Assembly: GCA_963754925.1 (NCBI GenBank)
Contig: CAVWHX010000011.1
Location: 1 to 64,000, forward strand
Source of the DNA: an uncultured delta proteobacterium
GTDB taxonomy: Bacteria; Myxococcota; B64-G9
Length of the DNA: 64,000 nucleotides
Direction: 5' to 3'
The notes under the pieces were generated by a model, which made no database searches, had not been told where the DNA came from, and was given only the letters and a program-made list of their open reading frames with translations. The position numbers were made by a program, and so were the translations under genes. Position 1 is the first letter of the stretch; each line of letters starts with the position of its first letter. This document shows, piece after piece, positions 1 through 8,847 of this stretch.

Positions 1-540
1 AAGGCCATCATCCGCAGTCCCCTGGACGCCGTCAAAGACCGTATTCGTGGCGATGATTGGTATGTTAAAACCGCCTGTCGCAGCCCGGGCCTGGTTGATC
101 ATGGTGGCCAATCTTTCCGGGCCATAATCGAACTCATGGTTTCCAAAGGTGACAAAATCGTAGTTCATCGTGCTGAGAAACCGGAACGGCGCCGGGTCGA
201 CGTTCCAGAGCATGTCATACGCGGTGCCCATGGTATAGTCGCCGCTGTCCACAAGGAGCACGGTGTTGCCTTCCTTCTCTTTTGCCGTCCGTATCTCGTT
301 GATCTTTGCCGCGAGCCGCGCCCATCCGCCTAAAACCGGATCGTTATCGGAGGTGTTCATAGGGGTATAGGCGTTGAACGACCCATCCCCGGAGGCGTGG
401 TCGTGCACGTCGGTCGTTTGCAACAGCGTTACGTTGACGAGCGGACTGCCCTTGCCGTTGGAACACCCGGTTATAAAAAGCGTCAGGGTAAAAAAACCCG
501 TCCAGCGCACCAAGAGCCACTGTGCCGATTGCTTTCTCAT
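1..540 (-). CDS. 5'-nucleotidase/metallophosphoesterase family lipoprotein (5' part only; runs off window)
   Basis: Manual translation from ATG 540 (RBS GGAGG): lipobox ITGC, motifs TTDVH, VDSGD, GNHEFDYG. Confidence 0.85.
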   Translation of the reverse strand, partial: MRKQSAQWLLVRWTGFFTLTLFITGCSNGKGSPLVNVTLLQTTDVHDHASGDGSFNAYTPMNTSDNDPVLGGWARLAAKINEIRTAKEKEGNTVLLVDSGDYTMGTAYDMLWNVDPAPFRFLSTMNYDFVTFGNHEFDYGPERLATMINQARAATGGFNIPIIATNTVFDGVQGTADDGL

Positions 541-583
541 GGTCCCTCCTCTATCCAACTAGTCTTGCAGACAGTGGATTAAA

Positions 584-657
584 TGGCGGAGCCCGGATTC
601 GAACCGGGGACACGCGGCTTATGAAACCGCTGCTCTGGCCACCTGAGCTACTCCGCC
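584..657 (-). tRNA. tRNA-Met (CAT), probably elongator; CCA not encoded
   Basis: Reverse complement GGCGGAGTAGCTCAG...GCGGT-TTCATAA-GCCGC...GGTTCGAATCC...CTCCGCCA folds as a cloverleaf with a paired G1-C72. Confidence 0.93.
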
Positions 658-760
658 ATCTGTAAAAGAACCGCCAACATCGTGGAGAGCGGCAGAGAAA
701 ATAAAAGACTCACCAGATACTGTCAAGAGAAACCACCCCTGCCGGCGGGAAAGGAGCACT

Positions 761-1792
761 CTACTGTTCCCCTGCCGTCTCCATTTCCCGCGAGGCAAAC
801 AGAATGCGCCGTACCGATATCTGCGGGTGAAACAAAAATGGCAATCCGAACAAGACCTGTTGGCCGAGCGACATGGCGTGCACCAACAACGCGTACGCCA
901 CTCCGGCCGATCCTAAAACCGCTTCAGAAACAAAGAGAGACAGCCCCAGCTTCACAAAATAATGGAAGTTGCCGATCATGCCCGGCCCGGCCGGGATCAT
1001 CAACCCCACGCACAGCACCGCCAGCATGGTAAAGGCTTCAAGCATCCCAAGATGCGCAAGCCCGGTAACCGCGCGAAAGGCAAACCAGAAACTTACTCCC
1101 GTCACAAACCAAATAACGACGGTAAGCAGGAGGAAGCCGGCAACCAGCTTCACCTGACGCAGCGCCCGCAAACCGCTGATGAACGAATCCAGTATCGAAC
1201 CGACTCGCTCGGCGCCTTTTTTTGAAAGTAACCCAACGAGTCGACGGAACCAGCGCACCGTGGACTCTTGGCGTACATAGGCCAAAATCAGGAGACTCAG
1301 TAAGAATAAAAAACCTATCAGCACTATCCACGCCCATAACCGGATCTCACTCGGGACCGACACCCGACCCTCGATCAGAAACAAAATGATAACTAACAGC
1401 AGGGCCATGGCCAAGCTATCGATCAACCGTTCGACAACCACGGTGGCCATCGCCGAACTGGCGCGGATTTTCCCCCGCTCGGATATCAACAGCGGCCGGG
1501 CGAATTCTCCCAAACGCAGCGGCAACAGCACCAGCGCCATGATGCCAACCGACGACACCATGAATAGCCGGCCAAAACCAATCTCTCCGAGCGGCTTAAG
1601 CAATATCCCCCAACGTACCACCCGAGCAAAATGAATAACGACTAAAAATAAAAAATAACCGAGCAGTATCAACGGACTGACTGATGCGAAAACGTCAGCG
1701 ATATCCCTCCAGTTCACCCCGCGCAATGCCAGCCAAATAAACACGCCTCCAATCGCGACCGATACCCCAAGGTTGATGAGTAGTTTTCTCAC
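761..1792 (-). CDS. Lysylphosphatidylglycerol synthase TM-domain/flippase-like protein (UPF0104)
   Basis: Multi-TM; motifs RWGILL, LPLRLGEFARP, VVERLID, IPAGPGMIG. Confidence 0.85.
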   Translation of the reverse strand: MRKLLINLGVSVAIGGVFIWLALRGVNWRDIADVFASVSPLILLGYFLFLVVIHFARVVRWGILLKPLGEIGFGRLFMVSSVGIMALVLLPLRLGEFARPLLISERGKIRASSAMATVVVERLIDSLAMALLLVIILFLIEGRVSVPSEIRLWAWIVLIGFLFLLSLLILAYVRQESTVRWFRRLVGLLSKKGAERVGSILDSFISGLRALRQVKLVAGFLLLTVVIWFVTGVSFWFAFRAVTGLAHLGMLEAFTMLAVLCVGLMIPAGPGMIGNFHYFVKLGLSLFVSEAVLGSAGVAYALLVHAMSLGQQVLFGLPFLFHPQISVRRILFASREMETAGEQ

Positions 1793-1795
1793 GGA

Positions 1796-2521
1796 TCACC
1801 CAATGGTGTATTCATCTGGATTCACGAGAGCAATCCGCGCTGGCGCCAATGTTGTAAGCACCTCGGCCTGTTTGAATCCAACCAGTTCGTTCAAAATAGT
1901 GAGTCCTTTTTTGATGTTCCCCAACTCTTCCGGTGAATGGAGATCAGTGCTCACTGCGTCAACCAAACCATTCCTAATAAGTTGACGAGCCGTTCCTTGC
2001 GCTTCACGAGACCAGCCCCCCGCGAGCGATGAAATATTTACCAGAAAAAAGCAGCCCCGCTCGCGTAATGAAGACAGCACCGTGACGCCGGCCTGCACTT
2101 CGGGGTAGCGTTCAACATGGGCTATAACCGGCCTTTTGCCCTTTACTTGCAATAAGAACAGAAGGTCGTCGAGCCGTGGCGGAAAGCCTTGCAAGGGGAG
2201 CTCCATCATAAAGGTGTCCCCTCGGGGATAACTAACCAGTCGGTCCTCTTGAATCAACTCGGGCACCATCGAGCTGTGGTACTCCGCACCAGGGAGCAAC
2301 GCCAAGGGGATCCCGGCATTACGCAGCCGCATGGCTAATGCTTCCCGTTCCTCAGAAAGCAGCTCGCTATCGCGAACCTTGGCGCCCCAGGGATTATGCG
2401 GCGTGCAGCAGACCGCACGATAACCCAACGCACTCAATCCATCGGCCATCAGAATCGAGCTCTCGATATCCGGAGATCCATCATCCAATCCAGATAGAAT
2501 ATGGCAGTGTAAGTCAATCAT
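1796..2521 (-). CDS. CpsB/CapC-family PHP tyrosine-protein phosphatase
   Basis: MIDLHCHIL-GLDDG, TPH, IAHVERY, STDLH motifs; start placed at ATG 2521. Confidence 0.9.
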   Translation of the reverse strand: MIDLHCHILSGLDDGSPDIESSILMADGLSALGYRAVCCTPHNPWGAKVRDSELLSEEREALAMRLRNAGIPLALLPGAEYHSSMVPELIQEDRLVSYPRGDTFMMELPLQGFPPRLDDLLFLLQVKGKRPVIAHVERYPEVQAGVTVLSSLRERGCFFLVNISSLAGGWSREAQGTARQLIRNGLVDAVSTDLHSPEELGNIKKGLTILNELVGFKQAEVLTTLAPARIALVNPDEYTIG

Positions 2522-2576
2522 CCTTTTTCCTATAGTAGCGCTTTCATCAGGCTCAGAAACTGAATTTGGAAACAAG

Positions 2577-2748
2577 TGTCATCGGTTACGCACATGCTGT
2601 AACTTTCGTTTCACAGTATTCGAACGTCGATACTCTTATCAGATGTAGACTCCGTGCCTGCGTATTACTATAACCATATGTAATCATTGATAATAATGCT
2701 TTTTTGAGCAATGAGGGTTATGCTTGAGTTCCTTGGCGTAAAAATTGC
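2577..2748 (+). promoter_or_regulatory. Sigma54 (-24/-12) promoter with tandem enhancer (UAS) sites
   Basis: TGGCGTAAAAATTGC (GG 2735-36, N10, GC 2747-48); two TGT-N12-ACA boxes at 2577-2594 and 2598-2615; AT-rich IHF-like site near 2678-2692. Confidence 0.65.
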
Positions 2749-2771
2749 TCTCTCTAGAACCGAGGTGGATC

Positions 2772-3260
2772 ATGTGGGCACATTTATCTTCTTCATGGTA
2801 CCAGCAGTCTGTGTTCAATGTTTTTGATCCTGTCCCCGAATCTCAATCTGGCTGGCCTGCGGTAGGGCTAGCCGTTTTGATTAGCCTCATTCTTATCGGC
2901 GGCTTCTTCATGGTCCAAGCTTTTAATCGCTGGATTACCCGTTTCTTGAGTAACCGCGGAACCGTTGCTTCTCTATCCTCATCGAAGCTGGATCGTATCA
3001 ACGATATCAAGATGCAGTCCCTTAGAGGCGGCGACCAAAACCGTGTCAAGGCGGCTGCCGTCAAGGTAGCGGGAGAGATCGACACGCTTCCCATTCAGCT
3101 CCCTCAGCGTTCCACCGGCAGCCTCGAGAATAATCATTCCCGCGGCAACATCCCAAACATGAATTCTGCCGAGGATCGCCCCGCAGGCCGCCCCGCGAGC
3201 AACATACGCTATGTGAGCAGCGGTCGAACCCAGGGCGCGGATTTTGCCAGAAAAATCTGA
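2772..3260 (+). CDS. Hypothetical single-TM protein; 3' part overlaps suhB antisense
   Basis: RBS GAGGTGG before ATG 2772; downstream of the sigma54 promoter; hydrophobic helix AVGLAVLISLILIGGFF. Confidence 0.4.
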   Translation: MWAHLSSSWYQQSVFNVFDPVPESQSGWPAVGLAVLISLILIGGFFMVQAFNRWITRFLSNRGTVASLSSSKLDRINDIKMQSLRGGDQNRVKAAAVKVAGEIDTLPIQLPQRSTGSLENNHSRGNIPNMNSAEDRPAGRPASNIRYVSSGRTQGADFARKI

Positions 3261-3836
3261 CTTGAAATCGCTGTGAAAACGGCTGTACGTCAGCAGCAAT
3301 GACTCGTTGTCGATGGTCTCTTCCCGCGAGGAGATCTCGCGATCGTTGAGCATTGCGGAAGCACCGGCCAGGGCACTGTACAGTTCGTTCACGACCGGAA
3401 GGTAGATAACGCCAAGCACCGGTTTTCCGCCATCGAATACCGCGATCGACACCCCCCAAATCGGCATCCCAGAACAGAAGCTCGCCGAGCCGTCGACCGG
3501 ATCCACCACCCACAACGGATCCTCCAGATCGATGTTTCGGGGAACGACCGTGCCTTCCTCGCCCAGAAACTTGTGTTTCGGGTAGACCGCCAACACCTCT
3601 TTATGTATGTACTCCTGAACCGCCAAGTCGGCCTCGGTTATGAGGTCGTGATCAAAACGCAGCGTCGGGTTGGTGCGTCCATAGTACGATAATGCCAGCG
3701 CGCCGCTCGCCCGCGCCAATCCCTTGGTAAAGGTAAGCATCTCTTGAAGCTCTCGTCGAGAGAGTGTCGTACGATGGAAACGGGCGTTCTTTTCCAATTC
3801 AGGTGTCGAGGGCATGGGTGCTCGTCGTTTAGCCAT
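2979..3836 (-). CDS. suhB: Inositol monophosphatase family protein (SuhB-like)
   Basis: TEAD, GEE, WVVDPVDGS, WDVAAG motifs. Confidence 0.88.
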   Translation of the reverse strand: MAKRRAPMPSTPELEKNARFHRTTLSRRELQEMLTFTKGLARASGALALSYYGRTNPTLRFDHDLITEADLAVQEYIHKEVLAVYPKHKFLGEEGTVVPRNIDLEDPLWVVDPVDGSASFCSGMPIWGVSIAVFDGGKPVLGVIYLPVVNELYSALAGASAMLNDREISSREETIDNESLLLTYSRFHSDFKSDFSGKIRALGSTAAHIAYVARGAACGAILGRIHVWDVAAGMIILEAAGGTLRELNGKRVDLSRYLDGSRLDTVLVAASKGLHLDIVDTIQLR

Positions 3837-4000
3837 AATGAATTATTCCTTCCCTTGATCGATCACTGCACATCCTACTCAATATACCAACGCGATGCTA
3901 CTACATTTTCACTTGACCTCGGTATCGAAATCTGGTCTCTTCGCTCGTGAACGTAACCCTTGGATAGCAGCGGTCAAACCCAAACGGAGGAATACAGACT

Positions 4001-4384
4001 ATGAACACGACGCTTATACGGGCACTCGCATCTGTTGTCGCCATAATGCTGGTGCTATCGACGGGTTGCAAAAAAAAGAATCCATTAGAAACTATGATGA
4101 ACTATAATGTCGCGATATCAAAAATTCTCAAAGACAACATTGCCGAGTGCGAGAAAGCTGTTACCGATTTGTCTGAATATGTTAATAAGAACAGGGTTTC
4201 GATTGATGCGGCTCGAAAGGCCGTTGAAGAAGCCGACAAGCAAATGACCGAAGAAGAGACGAAAGCCAACGCAGCGAAAGCCCATGAGATTGCCGACACC
4301 ATGAACGAGTATGCGCAGAAGTGCCCGGAACAAATGCAAAAAGTAGCTGAAATCTTCACCTCCTTGTACACGCCAAAACCGTAG
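4001..4384 (+). CDS. Hypothetical helical lipoprotein
   Basis: RBS GGAGG; lipobox STGC. Confidence 0.7.
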   Translation: MNTTLIRALASVVAIMLVLSTGCKKKNPLETMMNYNVAISKILKDNIAECEKAVTDLSEYVNKNRVSIDAARKAVEEADKQMTEEETKANAAKAHEIADTMNEYAQKCPEQMQKVAEIFTSLYTPKP

Positions 4385-4471
4385 ACGATTAGGTAATGCC
4401 TCGTCAGCGTATCCCTGGGGTAGTGACGAGGAGGTGCCATTATTTTGTAAGCGCTTAAGGTCCATCATTCC

Positions 4472-5080
4472 TTGAACCGTAAAGAACGACACGATCATCT
4501 GCTCCGTTGCGCCATGGATATTTTTGCGGAGAAAGGTTACCACGCTGCGTCGGTAACCGATATTATCGACCGAGCGGGCGTTGCGCGGGGAACCTTCTAC
4601 TTATACTTCGAAAGTAAGAGAACCCTCTTCTCGGAACTACTCGATGATTTGTTTGCTGTGATCAATCAGCGGGTGAAGCGGATCGATCGCAACGCCGACC
4701 CCGCAGGGGCCGTTGACCAGATGCGTTCGAACGTCAGACAGGTAATTAGCTGTTTGCAAGATAACCGCGCTATGTTGCGGATCCTTTTGGCCGAAGCCGT
4801 GGGATTAGACGCCAGTTTCGATCAAAAGTTATCTGAGTTTTACGCCCGGCTCTGCGGCCTGATTGAACAATCCCTTATTCTCGGCATGGATATGAGATTA
4901 ATCCGTCCCGTCAATACGGCGGTAGTCAGCTGGTGTATTTTGGGTTCTGTTAAAGAAGTGCTTTATAACATGTGTATGGGTCGAGAGCTTCCGACACTCG
5001 ATGTATTGGTTGAGGAGATTCTCCGTTACAATGTACGCGGCCTGTTTGTACCTGAAGTAGCCGAGCGCCTCTGTCTCTGA
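4472..5080 (+). CDS. TetR/AcrR family transcriptional regulator
   Basis: N-terminal HTH FAEKGYHAASVTDIIDRAGVARGTFYLYFESK. Confidence 0.92.
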   Translation: MNRKERHDHLLRCAMDIFAEKGYHAASVTDIIDRAGVARGTFYLYFESKRTLFSELLDDLFAVINQRVKRIDRNADPAGAVDQMRSNVRQVISCLQDNRAMLRILLAEAVGLDASFDQKLSEFYARLCGLIEQSLILGMDMRLIRPVNTAVVSWCILGSVKEVLYNMCMGRELPTLDVLVEEILRYNVRGLFVPEVAERLCL

Positions 5081-5094
5081 TTGCCTCGCTTAGT

Positions 5095-6132
5095 TTAGAA
5101 ATTCTCGTCGTAGACGGGGTTATCCCGCTTGGTGTCAATAACAGACTTTCCATCGGCCTTCTGATCGCTTATTGCCCTGGTAGCACGGTCAACCTTCTCA
5201 CCGAGTATACGCTGCGCCGGAATCAACTCAGCAAAATCAATTTCAGAGATATAGGTATCATCGTTCTTTTCGCCAAGCAATACCGAGGTGATCTTCAGCT
5301 CAACGCTCTCGACCGAACGTTTATCGAGTTTGAAGTAGTGTATCATGGGGTTATTGGTGAAATTAAGCTCGACCTGATCGCCGTACAACCCGAAACCGAG
5401 ATCCTTTCCAAAATCGACGGCGCTCTCGGCATCAAAGCGATCTGATGAGGTCTCGAACGTCACCTCTGCCCTATTCAACCGGTTGTTGTCCATCCAATCG
5501 CGCTTGCTCTTGTAATTACCCTGCAGCACTCCTATGAGACCAAGGTCCACTGGTTTACGAAACTCAATCTTCAGAAACTCACCGGTGCCGGTGCCGTCGG
5601 CTCCTTCGGCCCAAGCGGTATCCAATCGTCCGTCAAAGGCATTGGCTGGCGCTGTATCCTTTCTCAGGGTGGATGACGCGGTTACTTTTGCTTTATACAA
5701 CGGATTGGCTTCATCCGTACGTAAAAAGAAGTCCCTCCCCCTGATAAGTTTGCGGGGAAAAATTCTTTCTTCTTTCTGGCCGGCCTGAACAAAATCAATG
5801 CTGAGCACATCACCGCTGGCAGAGACGGATTGAGGGTAGAGATCCTCGAAGACCGCATGCCACAACACTCTATATTGAGGGCCGGATCTGCCCAAGATTA
5901 ACAGTCCGCCATGCAGGTGGCCAGCCGAGTCGGCCTCCCGCTCCCGATAGCTGATCAGCGTCTCGCGGCGGTTATCGTTATTGATATCCGCTTCCACCAC
6001 TTGCGTGATGGTATATTGCGACGCGATCGCACGATAGAAGAGATTGTTTTTTAGAGCCTGATCGTCAGCCCGGCTCGTGAGGGGCACAAAAAGAAACACC
6101 ACCAACCACATTCTCCGGATACACGCGTTCAT
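5095..6132 (-). CDS. Secreted protein with discoidin/NADase-type glycan-binding-like domain
   Basis: Signal peptide; NAFDGRLDTAWAEGADGTGTGEFL and DTYISEI motifs. Confidence 0.6.
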   Translation of the reverse strand: MNACIRRMWLVVFLFVPLTSRADDQALKNNLFYRAIASQYTITQVVEADINNDNRRETLISYREREADSAGHLHGGLLILGRSGPQYRVLWHAVFEDLYPQSVSASGDVLSIDFVQAGQKEERIFPRKLIRGRDFFLRTDEANPLYKAKVTASSTLRKDTAPANAFDGRLDTAWAEGADGTGTGEFLKIEFRKPVDLGLIGVLQGNYKSKRDWMDNNRLNRAEVTFETSSDRFDAESAVDFGKDLGFGLYGDQVELNFTNNPMIHYFKLDKRSVESVELKITSVLLGEKNDDTYISEIDFAELIPAQRILGEKVDRATRAISDQKADGKSVIDTKRDNPVYDENF

Positions 6133-6339
6133 GGTTACTACTCCATCAAATGGTTTTTATGGTAATGATGTGGTACCTTCGTTTACACAACTCCACCATA
6201 ATGATAGTATACATGGCACCTCAATGTCAACCGGTCCAAATGTTCGGTAGTGGGTCAGTTTGAAATTGACAAATTCGGCGGGAATTAATTTAAAACGCTT
6301 TCAATATAGAGTAGTTACAATCAAGTAAGAATACAGTTT

Positions 6340-6588
6340 TTATCGATTCTTAGGTGCCTTTTCTGTCTCAAACAAAGACTTCAGTTGTTTTTTGAATTCA
6401 TCGGCTTCATTCGGCGATTGAAGCTTAATGAGAACCTCGCCAAATCCAGGTTGCCAGCACTTCCCTCGCAGAACCATTTTGGCGAAGTTCAATGAGCCCT
6501 CAATGTCATTTCGTTTCAATTTAAGCAATTCTGACCATGCCTGCTCGCGGGTATATTTTGTCACGACTTTTGAGATTCGTTTACGCAT
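6340..6588 (-). CDS. Hypothetical basic protein (transposon passenger)
   Basis: 82-aa ORF with GGAAGGA RBS, immediately downstream of the nuclease gene. Confidence 0.5.
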   Translation of the reverse strand: MRKRISKVVTKYTREQAWSELLKLKRNDIEGSLNFAKMVLRGKCWQPGFGEVLIKLQSPNEADEFKKQLKSLFETEKAPKNR

Positions 6589-6617
6589 TATTCCTTCCAA
6601 GGAGCGATTGTTAATTT

Positions 6618-7358
6618 TCAGGTGAAAAGTTTGTCCTCAATTAATTTTAGATATTTGTTCACGTAGAACATATCGGGTTCGTGCCGCGAAGCTCTGACTC
6701 GGATTTCGAACTCCGGTTCTTTTTCTTTCTTGTCAAAGAGAATCAGGCCGATTCCAAATATTCGAGCCAACGCATCCAGACGTGCCAAATCTTCAACTAA
6801 TGCGTCATCTGGTATTACAATGTACGAACGATGCGAGAACAGTTTGTACGAACAAGCTTGGCCGAATGCGACGATCAATGCCTGTGAATCTGTTTTGATC
6901 TCGGCTGCTATGATCTCAGTTGGGGGCTTGATGATGTCGCTTTTGCGTGGTTCACGAACTCCAATGACATCAGGCGTTCCCCATTTGTCTCCGAATTTTT
7001 TGCCTCCCAATGAGATTGCTTTTGTGCATTCTTCTAATTCGTTAACGATCCACTCAGCAAACTGTTTGTAAAAATGCTCCTCGTCAATCTTCGATGCCGG
7101 CTTTGCAGGCTTGGAATCTTCGGGGCTAAGTTCCTTATTATCTTTAAACTTGATGTGTTTGTAGAGGCCCTTTGATGGTATATATATCTCTGCAGGAAGA
7201 TGAGTGCGAAACCTCCAAAGCGACCCATTAATTGAGCCATGGGAGATATCTGGGCACTTTTCCGCAATCTTTTTATGAAGAATGCTGTAGCGAACTCCTG
7301 CCGGATTCTCGGAAACTAGCTTTATAATCTCTTGAATGACTCTTTCGTGATTCGTCAT
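6618..7358 (-). CDS. Winged-helix + PD-(D/E)XK nuclease (HrgA/COG2958-like restriction-endonuclease fold)
   Basis: TPDVIG...AEIKT...AFGQACSY motif set; N-terminal HTH-like region; RBS AAGGAGG. Confidence 0.7.
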   Translation of the reverse strand: MTNHERVIQEIIKLVSENPAGVRYSILHKKIAEKCPDISHGSINGSLWRFRTHLPAEIYIPSKGLYKHIKFKDNKELSPEDSKPAKPASKIDEEHFYKQFAEWIVNELEECTKAISLGGKKFGDKWGTPDVIGVREPRKSDIIKPPTEIIAAEIKTDSQALIVAFGQACSYKLFSHRSYIVIPDDALVEDLARLDALARIFGIGLILFDKKEKEPEFEIRVRASRHEPDMFYVNKYLKLIEDKLFT

Positions 7359-7384
7359 TCTTTACCTCCTTGCAAATCTAACTA

Positions 7385-8212
7385 TTATTCAGATAACCCT
7401 GCAATCTCTTCCAGCGTCCAAACATGATCTGCTATTCCAGCTTCCATAGCGGGTGTAACTCTCAGCGATTTGTGGATACGGACGAAGTTATAGTGCATGA
7501 AATAAAGCGCAACTGCATAGCGGTGATTTTCAACTTTCTTGCTGAATCCGTTGGTAAGTCGCGTGAACCTTCGCATGTTCATTCTCATAGTGAGGTTTTG
7601 GCGTTCCGCACAACTGGTAGAAACTTTAGTCATGTCGGGCGATCCGTTGACGACGATCTTCTCTGCTCCGGTGCATTTTGCCGGGCTGTAGCGTTTCTGG
7701 TCTTCTTCGTTCGGCCCACCATATAACTTGACCAGCATGGCGTAGTCAACGTCAAAACCAAATGCGCCTTCCACAGCTTCAATGTAGGATTTATGGCCGT
7801 CAGTAGTAAGCTGCACTCGTTTGGCTAAACGAGAAGATAGCTTGTTCATAAACACTGATGCGGTACGGGCAGAACGATCTCCAACCAACCAACAGGGAAC
7901 GAGTTTAGTTTCAGCGCAGATTGCTGTCCACGTCCAAACGTCGCCATAACCAAACTCATTCTTAAGCTCTTCTGGTACGTTGGCGGCCTTTGAATAACAG
8001 AAAGCCCAAATCTCGTCGCACTCAAGTCTAGTGCAATAAAGATCGTGCATGATCTGATCTTGGTATTTTGCACATGCTTTGCCAAGTGCGATTATAAGCT
8101 TGACGACGGTATTTTTAGCAAAGCCCGTAATGCGGCAAGTTGCTCGAATGCTATTGCCGTCAACCAAGCAAGCGATAATTTGGGAACGTTCTTTAAGAGA
8201 CAAGCGGTTCAT
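7385..8212 (-). CDS. IS1-family DDE transposase
   Basis: HTH (GNSIRATCRITG); ECDEIW, LTTDGH, ERQNLTMRMNMRRFTRLTNGFSKK motifs. Confidence 0.92.
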   Translation of the reverse strand: MNRLSLKERSQIIACLVDGNSIRATCRITGFAKNTVVKLIIALGKACAKYQDQIMHDLYCTRLECDEIWAFCYSKAANVPEELKNEFGYGDVWTWTAICAETKLVPCWLVGDRSARTASVFMNKLSSRLAKRVQLTTDGHKSYIEAVEGAFGFDVDYAMLVKLYGGPNEEDQKRYSPAKCTGAEKIVVNGSPDMTKVSTSCAERQNLTMRMNMRRFTRLTNGFSKKVENHRYAVALYFMHYNFVRIHKSLRVTPAMEAGIADHVWTLEEIAGLSE

Positions 8213-8231
8213 TGGTCACCTCCACTGTATC

Positions 8232-8268
8232 TGACTTATATACTAACACGCTTTAGTATATAAGTCAA
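8232..8268 (-). promoter_or_regulatory. Transposase promoter embedded in a perfect palindrome (operator)
   Basis: TGACTTATATACTA (8232-45) / TAGTATATAAGTCA (8254-67); minus strand TTGACT-N17-TAGTAT. Confidence 0.65.
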
Positions 8269-8300
8269 GTAAAAAAGTGATAAAAATCAAAAAAAAATAC

Positions 8301-8405
8301 TCAAGTCAGACCATTGGAAAGCTTTTGAGGAACTAAAATCACGGTCGGACCAAGTTTACCATGTGTTTGATTTTCAATGACAATTTCGATTGTCAATTTA
8401 GGCAT
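8301..8405 (-). CDS. Small ORF, 34 aa (MPKLTIEIVIENQTHGKLGPTVILVPQKLSNGLT)
   Basis: AGGAGG 5 nt upstream of ATG; shorter than any ORF in the track. Confidence 0.4.
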   Translation of the reverse strand: MPKLTIEIVIENQTHGKLGPTVILVPQKLSNGLT

Positions 8406-8517
8406 GAAAGCCTCCTATACGAATGACAATTCGTTATTGACGGTTTTCCCTTGACAGAAGGCTAAGTATTAGATAAAAGAGGCTTTAAGCTTTACTTAGA
8501 CCTATATATTGGAAACG

Positions 8518-8545
8518 CCCCGGGGTGCAACCCGGGGTTATTTTT
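8518..8545 (+). terminator. Intrinsic terminator inside the IS1 element
   Basis: CCCCGGG-GTGCAA-CCCGGGG followed by TTATTTTT. Confidence 0.7.
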
Positions 8546-8650
8546 AATCCGCTTAATGCCTAACGGTCGATCATCGTCGAAACCTCCTTGCAGTGGCAAT
8601 AGTAGGCCGAAATCTGTTTTTTCACGACCCTTACAAGTGAGATTTAAAAT

Positions 8651-8774
8651 AAAAAAACCCTTAGCGATCTCTCTTTCGAAATCACTAAGGGCTTGAGAAT
8701 CCTGGCGATGATCCCAATCGCCCTTTGTCGTTATTAGCTGGGCTTGATCGTTCGAGGAACGCCAAACGCCCTTT
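8651..8774 (-). ncRNA. Candidate structured RNA/attenuator ending in an intrinsic terminator
   Basis: Two tandem AAAGGGCGWTTGG...TCAAGCCC units; terminator CCCUUAGUGAU/AUCGCUAAGGG with GAAA loop and U7; the G-U wobble forms only on the minus strand. Confidence 0.45.
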
Positions 8775-8847
8775 CGATTTACTTGGTAAAAACCTCCAAA
8801 TTGGTTATTTTTTTACTAGCAGATAATTGCCCACGAGAGCATATCTG

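Noticed and set aside
584..657. tRNA as an island integration site; missing CCA as a defect
   Set aside because: No integrase or duplicated tRNA 3' end seen; non-encoded CCA is common
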